IMG/VR virus record: IMGVR_UViG_3300002307_000042
Span: 1 to 64,000 of that record
Direction: 5' to 3' (one strand)
DNA: 64,000 bases
From: a virus
Lineage: Duplodnaviria; Caudoviricetes
The translations under genes were made by a program, and so were the position numbers. Below the pieces are notes generated by a model, which worked only from the letters and a program-made list of their open reading frames with translations, was not told the DNA's origin and ran no database searches. Within the stretch, counting starts at the first letter, position 1. Every line of letters starts with the position of its first letter. Positions 1 to 8,883 of the stretch are shown piece by piece.

Positions 1-2181
1 TGGACCTAAGTCTTCAGAAATCTCATCCATGCTGTACTGATATCGCGCATGTTCCATAGCATCTTCTTCACTATAGAAAGGACCAGCGATATCATCATAT
101 TGACGGCCATAGTCATTACGCATGTGCTGCATGATATCCTCGGGAGTTAGATAGCTCATATACTTATTGCCCCAGTTGTATGGCGCGTTACCAGCTATCT
201 CAGATTCTCTCCATTTACCGCCTTCTTTGTTGACCATGCCGACAAAGCCACCGTCCTCTTCATTGCCTAAGCAAACAAAGAATCCTTCATCCTCAGATTC
301 ATCTTCGTAGCTTTCCATAACTTTTGATGCGGTTGCTGGAACCTTAGCCAATCCTGCAAGCTTTTTGCCTGCCATTCCTAATCCAGCTGCTCTCTGTTTG
401 TATTTCTTCTTTAGTTGAATTGCTTTTTCGCTTCTAGAATCAAGAGCTTTACTTGCAGTATGACTCTGCAATGCTTCTTTATCAGCCGCGGTCATGTAAC
501 GATCTACTAGGTCAGAAGAAAGTTCATCTAAATGTAGAGTTTCATCAATTTCTTCTTCATTGACACCTAAGAAATTGCGACCTATACCTTTACCGAGACC
601 GCCTACTACTCCACCTAGTTTATTTGATGCGTATGAAGTTTCTGCATCTTGTCGTGCATGTGCAACATTGAGTGGTTCATGTGATGAGCGGCCGGTAGAT
701 GGTAACGCAGTTGAGTGTTGCGTTGACTGGGACGGTTCGGCTACATCAGCTGGCTCAACTTTAATTTGCTGAGAAGAAGGCAGCTTCCAGTTTTCTTGTG
801 CTTTTGCTAGTGCATCTTTTTCATTTTTCGCAAGGATATATTTTTCTTTTTTAGAAGGATGAGAAATTTTGTATTTTTTTGGCGGATTCAAAAATTCATC
901 AAATGATTCATCTAACCCCGTTTTCTTAGAAATGGCAGATAATTTAGCAACTAATGCCTGTTCTACTTCAGGATCTTTGTTGATCTTTAGTAGTCCTTTA
1001 ATTCTTTCAGGAGTAAATCCCGAATCTTCTTCTAGGTCTTCTTCTTCTGCTAATCCAAAAGCCTTGAGATTATTCTTTGCAGTAGATTGATTATGTGATA
1101 ATGTTTCTGCGCCCGGAGCCTCGTCTAACATTTCATCAGCAGGAACCGATAAACTTTTAGTAGTACTATCCATTTTTTCGTTAATCACTTCGTCTGCCCA
1201 ACTAGACAATGAGGCTAATTCGCCCATCTCATTAACTGGCTTTTGTAAACGACTAATGATAGGTAACGCAGATTCGATCCTGGGATCCATGCTACTTGAC
1301 ATGAACATTTCACTAATGTCTTCACCTTCATTTTCCATTAATGCAGGGGTATAGCTTTCAAAGTATGCGTGATAACCACGATGACCTGTTAGTTTTTGTA
1401 ATGTTTCACGAAGTTTAGTATAATGGTTGACGCCCTCGTTGATCAATGATTGCGCAGATTCATTGAATTGTTTGTTTCGCGTAGCTCTGACAAATCCTGC
1501 CATCTTATTGTAATCTTCGCATACTGATTTGATATGGTTCCATCGTTCGTCGTTTGGTAAGCCACCTTCTGCAATGTGACGAGCATAGACGCGAGCAATG
1601 CCAGGGCGAGTAGTTGGAGCTAGGAATCTTTCACCGTCAGTGTTTTCAAGGAAGATACGGGCTACGTTACGGTAACGCTGTTCACCTTCTTCAAGTGCGC
1701 GGTTATGTTGTAGAATGATCTTTACGTTAGGAACAGCATCGTTATATGATGCCTTCTTACCCATTGGATGGTAGCTTTCGCCTAGCTTTTCTTTCATTCT
1801 ATAATAATCTCGTTGACGCATATCATCCCCTACATGGCTAGCATTTTTAAGAACAAAACCTAACTGTCTACGCTGTGCCCACATTTTTAATGCTTTACAA
1901 AAGCCTGTCCAGCTATCGTCATAGTCTACGCCAGGAGTAACTGTGCTTGGGCTATCTTGCTGTTCCTGATCATAATAAATAATAACATTTTGAGCATCAT
2001 CTACAGTAACCCATGCATTACCATAATCTTTACCATCTTTAGTAAAGGTAAATTGCATGACATCGGAATCTTGCGACACCTTAACTCTTTGGTTTTGACT
2101 GTTAAGTGGTACCGGATTATATCCGCGAACTTTCAAAAAGTCATATAAATCTTTGTTAAAACTTTCAGTATCTTGTGCCAT
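1..2181 (-). CDS. Large acidic hypothetical protein, probably late/head-associated; runs off the left edge (at least 727 aa)
   Basis: Missing from the ORF track because its stop lies outside the window. ATG at 2179-2181, 5 nt after AATAAATA. Reads MAQDTESFNKDLYDFLKVRGYNPVPL... and the frame is still open at position 1 (...MEHARYQYSMDEISEDLGP). Frame was spot-checked, not read codon by codon. Confidence 0.85.
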   Translation of the reverse strand, partial: MAQDTESFNKDLYDFLKVRGYNPVPLNSQNQRVKVSQDSDVMQFTFTKDGKDYGNAWVTVDDAQNVIIYYDQEQQDSPSTVTPGVDYDDSWTGFCKALKMWAQRRQLGFVLKNASHVGDDMRQRDYYRMKEKLGESYHPMGKKASYNDAVPNVKIILQHNRALEEGEQRYRNVARIFLENTDGERFLAPTTRPGIARVYARHIAEGGLPNDERWNHIKSVCEDYNKMAGFVRATRNKQFNESAQSLINEGVNHYTKLRETLQKLTGHRGYHAYFESYTPALMENEGEDISEMFMSSSMDPRIESALPIISRLQKPVNEMGELASLSSWADEVINEKMDSTTKSLSVPADEMLDEAPGAETLSHNQSTAKNNLKAFGLAEEEDLEEDSGFTPERIKGLLKINKDPEVEQALVAKLSAISKKTGLDESFDEFLNPPKKYKISHPSKKEKYILAKNEKDALAKAQENWKLPSSQQIKVEPADVAEPSQSTQHSTALPSTGRSSHEPLNVAHARQDAETSYASNKLGGVVGGLGKGIGRNFLGVNEEEIDETLHLDELSSDLVDRYMTAADKEALQSHTASKALDSRSEKAIQLKKKYKQRAAGLGMAGKKLAGLAKVPATASKVMESYEDESEDEGFFVCLGNEEDGGFVGMVNKEGGKWRESEIAGNAPYNWGNKYMSYLTPEDIMQHMRNDYGRQYDDIAGPFYSEEDAMEHARYQYSMDEISEDLGP

Positions 2182-2198
2182 ACATCTATTTATTCTTT

Positions 2199-3260
2199 TT
2201 ACGAGATAACGGCAAAGAACGGTAAGGGAGAAATTATCTCGTCGTGGTCACGAATCTGACTTTCTAAATCACCGTGATAATCTGCTAATTGTGTCATCAT
2301 TCTAACAGCCAATAAAGTAGACATTACTAAATCGTCCGTGTCTCCAATCTTAGCAGCATAACTACCACCACTAGCAACAAATGCTTTCAATTCAGTAATA
2401 AGACTGCGACTATAAATCGTCATCTTTTTAGATTCTACTAGTGTTTTGAACTTAGCACAAGCAGCAAGTTTAGGTTTATTAGTTGTGGTAAATCCTCTTC
2501 TACCTCTACCAGACTCACTGATGAAAATGCCTGGAATATTGCTTTCACCATATTCATTTAATGACACAATTGCTGCTTGTCCAATGCCATTATTTTCTAT
2601 ACTATAATAGATATTGTTAGGTTCACCGGTCTTTTCTACAATATACTTGCAAATTTCAGCAAGTAACTTAACCTGATTAGGAATGTCAGTTTTGTTGTGC
2701 TTCCATTCGCCAATTTGTGTAGTCGTACTTGCTTCAAAGATTTGAATAGCAGCAGGATCGCCTCCAGTACCTAAACTAGGATCAAGTGCTACTACATATA
2801 GTTTACCCTTTTCAGGCTGCTTGTACCAACGAACTTGTCCCATTCTAGATAAAGGTTCAATGCCCTCAAGCATGACTAAAGTGTTTGGATTAATTAGTGT
2901 TTCGTCTGCGATGATGAACTCGCAGTTGGAGCATAAGATATCATTAGCAAAAAATCTTCTATCAGGTCCGGCATTTACAATATCATACACTTGCTCCAAG
3001 CAGTTCTCGGTGATTGCAGTAATTTGCTGCGGGCCACTAAATGTGCAAACAGTATCACCGACCTTTAATGCATCTGCGGGCACTTTTTCAAGTGAGGCTA
3101 AATATATGTTATGGTCAGGGGTCAACGTTACCGATGAATTACTCAATGACACGGTGATAGTGTGTTTGACGCCCTTATTTACTAATCCATCAAACTGTTG
3201 CCAACCAATATCGGTGAGGATTTCTAGTCCATGTTTATTCAGTAACAAAGTCGGTGTCAT
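2199..3260 (-). CDS. terL: Terminase large subunit C-terminal part (RNase H-like nuclease domain) preceded by the C-half of a split intein
   Basis: After ...ANDILCSN the protein continues CEFIIADETLINP, then ALDPSLGTGGD, IENNGIG and DTDDLVMS, matching T4 gp17-type nuclease motifs. Confidence 0.95.
   Translation of the reverse strand: MTPTLLLNKHGLEILTDIGWQQFDGLVNKGVKHTITVSLSNSSVTLTPDHNIYLASLEKVPADALKVGDTVCTFSGPQQITAITENCLEQVYDIVNAGPDRRFFANDILCSNCEFIIADETLINPNTLVMLEGIEPLSRMGQVRWYKQPEKGKLYVVALDPSLGTGGDPAAIQIFEASTTTQIGEWKHNKTDIPNQVKLLAEICKYIVEKTGEPNNIYYSIENNGIGQAAIVSLNEYGESNIPGIFISESGRGRRGFTTTNKPKLAACAKFKTLVESKKMTIYSRSLITELKAFVASGGSYAAKIGDTDDLVMSTLLAVRMMTQLADYHGDLESQIRDHDEIISPLPFFAVIS
2925..3260 (-). 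mobile_element. Split intein C-fragment (IntC, 112 aa)
   Basis: Block B TPDH, block F VYDIVN, C-terminal RFFANDILCSN followed by the +1 Cys (TGC at 2922-2924). Confidence 0.92.
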
Positions 3261-4287
3261 TTTTCAATATCCTGTAAGTATCACGATCTTCATAAAGCCA
3301 TACTTCATATTTATAACCGGAAGCTATAACTGCTTGTCTCTTATTGAGGTTTTTATTTAACCGGTTGATGTATTTTTCCTCAGTGCGTCCGTTGCCGTCC
3401 CACCACCAGCGGCCTTTTACTTCTATTATTTTGTTTTCTTTCGGAATGTAAATGTCTGGGTAATATCGCAATACATGCTTTCGGTTGTCAGTATACCTGA
3501 ATATCGGAAGTGCATAATCTACTAGTGAATCATGTATTACCAACTCGTCTTCCGCATATGAGCATAGTAACTGTGTAATAGCTAGGTCCTCATTTCCTCT
3601 TACTCGTATTACCCTGCCGGAGGGCAACGTAAACTCCTTACCTTTGGAGTTTGATGAAGCAGACTTGGCTTTCACTTCTGGCATGAGAAATGTGTTTTCT
3701 ACTCCATATCTCTCCCGACAAGTATTGCGTTTTTTATTACTCAGTTCATTAATAGATTCAATAGTTTTTGCTTTCCAGGTCTTGCTAGTCTGCGTCGGGT
3801 TAGAGTAATTCTCGTCTCCGTACCGTTCTTTTTTAGTAAGTTTAGATTTACCCATCATGTGAGAAGACTGTGTAGTATAGTCTACCCCATATCGTTCTCT
3901 GTTTGTTTGTTTTCGTAACTCTCTCGTTTTTTCTTTATCTATGCTAGTTCTTGAAGCAGCCCGTTTCTTCTTATTAAGTGAATCACGAATGCGTTCTTCG
4001 TCTGTCCAATTTTGTTTAGTCTCAGAAATTATCTTACCGACACAAACAGGGGCACCGCATGATTCTGCATATGATTCGCTTTGTTGATAAAATGTCACTG
4101 GCGCGCCGCACTTACATTTGCGCTCTATCCCCGTTACATACCTCTCATAATATTCCTGATATGTTAGTTGGTTAGACCTGAGGTGCCTAGTGAACTGCCC
4201 GTTAGTTTTGCAGTATTGCTTCCCGTCGATTTTAGATTGAATGTAAATTGATGTACCCATATATTTCTCGTATAAATTAGTTCTCAC
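3235..4287 (-). CDS. Free-standing putative homing endonuclease (Zn-finger-like N-terminus, ERYG repeats, C-terminal PD-(D/E)xK-like domain)
   Basis: CKC...SC...C cluster; three xERYGxxN/Y repeats; YYPDIYIPKENKIIEVKG motif; located between the two terL halves. Confidence 0.8.
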   Translation of the reverse strand: MRTNLYEKYMGTSIYIQSKIDGKQYCKTNGQFTRHLRSNQLTYQEYYERYVTGIERKCKCGAPVTFYQQSESYAESCGAPVCVGKIISETKQNWTDEERIRDSLNKKKRAASRTSIDKEKTRELRKQTNRERYGVDYTTQSSHMMGKSKLTKKERYGDENYSNPTQTSKTWKAKTIESINELSNKKRNTCRERYGVENTFLMPEVKAKSASSNSKGKEFTLPSGRVIRVRGNEDLAITQLLCSYAEDELVIHDSLVDYALPIFRYTDNRKHVLRYYPDIYIPKENKIIEVKGRWWWDGNGRTEEKYINRLNKNLNKRQAVIASGYKYEVWLYEDRDTYRILKNDTDFVTE

Positions 4288-4292
4288 TGAAC

Positions 4293-5216
4293 TTATTTAT
4301 CTTCTACCAGCAAGTTCTCTAATTCTTCCATGGTGATTTGAGAGATGTTTCCAGATCGGTCGCGTATTGTCATAACCGTGCTTTGCGCAAAGCACCCGAT
4401 TTCACGATTGAATTTATCATCGCCTAGCTGGGCTTTCATTTCTTTAGCCCACTGCTCATCGCGACCAGGCTGTTCATGCCAATATGCACGGTACGCTTTG
4501 AAGCCGTTGACTCCTACTTCAGTTGTGTTACCAAACGCATCTTCGGTTTTGTTTGCTAACTTCCAGATAAGAGCGAATTGATCTTCGTCACTGTTTGGAG
4601 TTGAAGTAATAATTGCTTTACCACCAGTTGCTAGGGTAGGGGTGATAGAAGTCCAGAATTCTTTAGCGATTGAAGGGCGGACGAACGCGAATTCGTCAAG
4701 GTACAGTAATGTGATAGACATACCACGACCTGTATTTTCAGTCGTAGTAGCACTTACAATACGAGAACCATTCTCAAAGTCAAGTGAACCCTTGTTGTAG
4801 GTAGTTACACCAGCTTTAATGTGATCTGGGCAATTTTCATATGCATAACGAATACGCTGCATGATTTCTTGTGCGCCGGTATACTTGTGTGCTGCAATTA
4901 GAATAGTTGAGTCGGGGACAAACATTGCATACCACAGTAGATATCCTGCTGCGGAGGTTGACTTACCTGACTGGCGAGGCATAAGAGAGATAGAGAAACG
5001 ATACTTGTGATAGGTTTCAATTAGTCTTTCTTGATATGGCCAAGGGTGGTAGTTCATGCTACCTCGTGTAGGATGCTGAATCATAAAGAAGTTATCCATG
5101 AAGTATAGATAGCCTGTTTCTGGATCACAGCATTTCATAAACTCATCAAGTTCTTTTTGGTTCTTGAAGACAGTTTTCTTGTAGGGATCTTTGATTAGTG
5201 TTGGTGTATTTGTCAT
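4293..5216 (-). CDS. terL: Terminase large subunit N-terminal ATPase part ending in the N-half of a split intein
   Basis: Walker A PRQSGKST, Walker B LLYLDEFAF, TSTPN coupling motif; ends REIG-CFAQSTVMTIRDRSGNISQITMEELENLLVEDK*. Confidence 0.95.
   Translation of the reverse strand: MTNTPTLIKDPYKKTVFKNQKELDEFMKCCDPETGYLYFMDNFFMIQHPTRGSMNYHPWPYQERLIETYHKYRFSISLMPRQSGKSTSAAGYLLWYAMFVPDSTILIAAHKYTGAQEIMQRIRYAYENCPDHIKAGVTTYNKGSLDFENGSRIVSATTTENTGRGMSITLLYLDEFAFVRPSIAKEFWTSITPTLATGGKAIITSTPNSDEDQFALIWKLANKTEDAFGNTTEVGVNGFKAYRAYWHEQPGRDEQWAKEMKAQLGDDKFNREIGCFAQSTVMTIRDRSGNISQITMEELENLLVEDK
4296..4394 (-). mobile_element. Split intein N-fragment (IntN, 33 aa)
   Basis: Block A-like CFAQSTVMTIRD starting at Cys1 (TGC 4392-4394), followed by a stop 33 residues later. 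Confidence 0.9.
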
Positions 5217-5246
5217 AAAATTATTTATTCATTCGGTGATTGTATA

Positions 5247-5516
5247 TTACTGTTCTTCTAAATAGTAGCCACAACCAGGAAAACTCCATATATTATTCTG
5301 TATATGTCTTACTTCTGGGTATGTTCTACATCCTTCAGGCCTACTAGGATATATCTTACACTTGCGAGTATTTTCATCAAAATGTTCACACCAACGCAAA
5401 GTGGGTTCTTTAACACCCTCTGTAAATACACGAACCTTGCAACATGCCCCGGCGCAACCACCAAATGGATTACATGAACCTTTTACTACAGGATTGTTCC
5501 ATACAATTTCACTCAT
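5247..5516 (-). CDS. YkgJ-like cysteine-cluster (Fe-S/Zn) protein
   Basis: C...GCAGACC, CEHFD...CKIYPSRPEGCRTYP pattern. Confidence 0.75.
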   Translation of the reverse strand: MSEIVWNNPVVKGSCNPFGGCAGACCKVRVFTEGVKEPTLRWCEHFDENTRKCKIYPSRPEGCRTYPEVRHIQNNIWSFPGCGYYLEEQ

Positions 5517-7336
5517 TAGACAAAGGCAAAGTAACTAATATTGAATGTAGTGTTTACTGCGCCGCCTGCATTTATGAACTGTATACTTAATGTATTGGAT
5601 GCACTAGCCCAAGCTGCAGGAAAATAACTACTGGTATCTACCATTGCAGTGGCAGGAGTAATGATAACTTTATGGCTAGTAGTCAAACCTGTGATAGTAG
5701 CAGTTAATGTAGTATTACTATTTTTACCCACATTGACCGGAACTGATATTGTTCCGGCTAATATACTAGTGGCGGCTGCAAGATTAGTTGCGGTATTGGC
5801 ATTTGCTGCATTTAGGTTTGCAACTTGAGTTGTAGATGTAACTACTAGTGGTGCAGTACCGGTTGCAATGTTGCTTATTAGTTGAGTTCCGGAAATATTC
5901 CCTGTAGCAATTACTCTAGTAGTACCAAGATTTCCAACATTAGCGTTTCCAGTAACTGAAAGATTTCCACCAGTAACTAAGTTTCCACCAGTAACGTTGC
6001 CAGTTGCCACAACGAGTCCGCTAGTACCAAGATTTCCAACATTGGCATTGCCTGTTACAGCAACGCTGGTTAATGTACCAACGCTTGTAATGTTTGGCTG
6101 TGCATTGGTGTAGACAGTACCCGAGACTAATGCATTTGCTACTTGCCCACTTACATTGGCTCCGGATACTGAGTTAGCAGTTGTTGCATAAGTTGCTAAA
6201 CCTGCGGTTGCAGCATTTAAATTAGCAACTTGTGTAGTTGAAGTAACTACTAGCGGAGCAGTGCCTGTTGCAATATTACTAATAAATTGCGATGCAGTTA
6301 CATTAGCGGTAGCAATCACACGAGCAGTTCCTAGATTACCGACATTAGCATTGCCGGTAGCCGATAATGCACCAGTAACATTAGCACCGTAGCTAGCGTC
6401 AAGTTCTAATACATTAGTAATATTTGCAGTAGAGTTGCCTTTAGGTGTAGACCAGAATTGAATCTTGGTTCCATTATTAGCGTTGTCTTGATTATCAGTT
6501 GATACAAAACTAATTCTAGCCTGACCGACGTTTAGCCATCCGCCGTCTTTATATCCATTAATACCTAGTCTAGCAATCTCATCGCCGTTGAGTACTGGAG
6601 TTGGTGAGGTTGCAGTTCCGTTATATCTACGACCGATATATCCAGCATATCCTCCTATGCCGTCATTGTAAAGTCTACTCTGCACACCATTCTGACCGGT
6701 GATGTGAATCATTACACCTGAATTTACAGGTGCTTGTACATTGCCGCTTGTACTACCAATAATCCTAAATGCTCCGGCCGTTGCATCTGCACCCGGCACT
6801 ATCATTTCAATCTGACCGTCTTTATTAGCAAAGAAATAGCGATTAGCTATATTTGGTGGGAAGCCATCTGGTTTATAAAAACCCACATTACCCGTCAACT
6901 GAATCTCGGCGTTTCCTGATGCCGCGAGAGTCATGTCTTGATCAACATTCACAATACTTAGAATATTGTTGTTAGCGTAAAAGTTACCGAAAGATACTGG
7001 CAAGTTTGCACTATCAATAGTTAGTATTCCGGAATTGCCGACAAATACCCCGGGACCAGGTGCAATTCCACCAATCTTTCCATTAGCAGCAGGTGATATA
7101 TTTCCAGTTACTATTAGGTTGCCATTGATAGTTGCGGTGTTCGCAACCAATGAATTGATATTTGCATTAGCATTGAAGTCTAAGTTAATGGCACGACCAC
7201 CGGGAGTAGAACCATCACTAACTCTGATCGTATTAGTATCCGGGTTATACCATAACCGATCCTGCTGTCCTACGTAGGAGTTACCATTTGCATGGTTGTC
7301 TCTACTAGTAAAGAAATTTTGAATATAACTGCTCAA
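5516..7336 (-). CDS. Tail fibre-like structural protein (606 aa)
   Basis: Gly/Asn/Thr-rich; carries TGTAPLVVTSTTQVANLNA and AQPNITSVGTLTS modules shared with the other fibre genes. Confidence 0.7.
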   Translation of the reverse strand: MSSYIQNFFTSRDNHANGNSYVGQQDRLWYNPDTNTIRVSDGSTPGGRAINLDFNANANINSLVANTATINGNLIVTGNISPAANGKIGGIAPGPGVFVGNSGILTIDSANLPVSFGNFYANNNILSIVNVDQDMTLAASGNAEIQLTGNVGFYKPDGFPPNIANRYFFANKDGQIEMIVPGADATAGAFRIIGSTSGNVQAPVNSGVMIHITGQNGVQSRLYNDGIGGYAGYIGRRYNGTATSPTPVLNGDEIARLGINGYKDGGWLNVGQARISFVSTDNQDNANNGTKIQFWSTPKGNSTANITNVLELDASYGANVTGALSATGNANVGNLGTARVIATANVTASQFISNIATGTAPLVVTSTTQVANLNAATAGLATYATTANSVSGANVSGQVANALVSGTVYTNAQPNITSVGTLTSVAVTGNANVGNLGTSGLVVATGNVTGGNLVTGGNLSVTGNANVGNLGTTRVIATGNISGTQLISNIATGTAPLVVTSTTQVANLNAANANTATNLAAATSILAGTISVPVNVGKNSNTTLTATITGLTTSHKVIITPATAMVDTSSYFPAAWASASNTLSIQFINAGGAVNTTFNISYFAFV

Positions 7337-7341
7337 CTGTT

Positions 7342-7680
7342 TTACCCTTCTAGAGGTTCATCATCACCTAGTTCTGCCATTACTACTGGACTGATACCAG
7401 CGTTACGCTTTATTGCTTCTAATTCACTATATGAGTGCCGGGCGGCATCTTCGTCTTCGTCACCGTCGTAAATGTTATCTACCCCTACTGCCTTCTTAAG
7501 AAGTTCCATCTTTAATTGTAGCGGAGGAACAAACAAATCGTCCGGTTGCTCACCATTTGAGTCTTCGCCATTAAATGGTTCGCTGAGATAATCAGCCGCG
7601 TCCATATCCGATGCCGGCGGTCGTTGTTTAGCATCAATCATGTCCGCAAGTTGTCGTAAGATTTCGCTTATACTATTCAT
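7342..7680 (-). CDS. Acidic hypothetical protein (112 aa)
   Basis: ORF translationally coupled to its neighbours. Confidence 0.8.
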   Translation of the reverse strand: MNSISEILRQLADMIDAKQRPPASDMDAADYLSEPFNGEDSNGEQPDDLFVPPLQLKMELLKKAVGVDNIYDGDEDEDAARHSYSELEAIKRNAGISPVVMAELGDDEPLEG

Positions 7681-7967
7681 TAGGCTGTTCCAGTTGCTGC
7701 GTGTGGCATTCCCAATTCAGTGACAGAGAATGGGGTTGCTGTACCATTTGCATTTATGTATGCTAAATAATTTCCTTGGCCCACAATAAAGCTTCTCTCT
7801 ACCGTATTAGCAGGAATAATTTCACATGATGTTATGTTTGCTACAACATTTGCATTGCCTACATTAATTGCAATTGCAGAATTAGTTGTTGCAATTCTAA
7901 CCTTATCAGTTGCAATAGGTCCTATTTTGGCTGTAGTGCCTGATGCTGTTTGAATATATGATGCCAT
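7680..7967 (-). CDS. Small beta-rich hypothetical, probably a virion protein (95 aa)
   Basis: ORF downstream of the GATAAATA box at 7989-7996. Confidence 0.8.
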   Translation of the reverse strand: MASYIQTASGTTAKIGPIATDKVRIATTNSAIAINVGNANVVANITSCEIIPANTVERSFIVGQGNYLAYINANGTATPFSVTELGMPHAATGTA

Positions 7968-8014
7968 TGTTCTATAATCCTTTAGTATTATTTATCATAG
8001 AATTACATAAACAA

Positions 8015-8035
8015 AGACCGGGTTAAACCCGGTCT
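8015..8035 (-). terminator. Intrinsic terminator-like hairpin
   Basis: AGACCGGGT-TAA-ACCCGGTCT perfect 9-bp stem, followed by TTGTTT on the minus strand, just after the methyltransferase stop. Confidence 0.65.
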
Positions 8036-8041
8036 AAGTCA

Positions 8042-8743
8042 TCACTTAATATCTAGTGGTCTTGCTTTAGTAGCAACTATACAGTAATATTTTTCAGTCA
8101 ATGTTACCATATCACTTGCATCATTGGTTTCAGGATTAGGTGCATTAATATCAAATTCCAAGTTATTAAACTTGTCAATATCAAAACCGCATCTAATTAA
8201 TAATGCACCTAGCTGAGTAGCTCCCATAATACTATAGTGGTTAAGATTAAATTCGTGCTTTCTATCGCAATCTGGTTGAGGAACTTCAATATAAATTTTT
8301 GAACCCTGCTTCAATACCCGATTGTATTCCATCAACGAGAAGATAGGATATGGACTATGCTCTAATGCGTGACGCAGGAAAATGAAGTCAACAGATTCGT
8401 CGTTCCAACCATCTGTTTGCGGTATAAATGATAGATCGTACCCTTTAACTGTATGACCTTTGTTAATGCAAGTTTCTTGGTCGCCGGGACTTAGCGTTAC
8501 CCCTGTTACATTAGTATAGCCGCGTTCTTTCATTGCGTCCAAAAAGTAGCCGGGGCCGCATCCTAAATCAAGAATGACGTTATCTTTTGGTAGCTCAAGG
8601 GGATCAATATATGTCTCAACTACTTGCTTAGTGAGCGAGGCATGCATTTGGCTATCACCTTCTTCATGGATGTGAGCGGTATATAACCATTCGTTGTAAA
8701 ACCGAAGTTTAACTACATCTAATGTTTTATTAATATCTATCAT
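8042..8743 (-). CDS. Class I SAM-dependent methyltransferase (small-molecule type)
   Basis: ILDLGCGPG motif I; DFIFLRHALEHSPYP; LKQGSKIYIEVP. Confidence 0.9.
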   Translation of the reverse strand: MIDINKTLDVVKLRFYNEWLYTAHIHEEGDSQMHASLTKQVVETYIDPLELPKDNVILDLGCGPGYFLDAMKERGYTNVTGVTLSPGDQETCINKGHTVKGYDLSFIPQTDGWNDESVDFIFLRHALEHSPYPIFSLMEYNRVLKQGSKIYIEVPQPDCDRKHEFNLNHYSIMGATQLGALLIRCGFDIDKFNNLEFDINAPNPETNDASDMVTLTEKYYCIVATKARPLDIK

Positions 8744-8877
8744 AAAGTTTCTTTCTTAAATTTACAATTATCAAAGTGCCATCTTTTCATAATGCCTTCC
8801 CTACGGATAGCACTACAATGCGGACAGGATATTTTATTTTTTGGTTTACTATTAACAATACTTATTATGCAATCTAA
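8740..8877 (-). pseudogene. Start-less remnant of a homing-endonuclease C-terminal Zn-binding domain
   Basis: After a TAA the frame reads LDCIISIVNSKPKNKISCPHCSAIRREGIMKRWHFDNCKFKKETL*, with no start codon before CPHC; its TGA overlaps the methyltransferase ATG. Confidence 0.6.
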
Positions 8878-8883
8878 TTAGTA

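Noticed and set aside
3261-4295. Group I intron interrupting terL
   Set aside because: Only 5 nt separate the IntN stop from the endonuclease start and its end overlaps IntC, leaving no room for a ribozyme core. Intein motifs explain the break.
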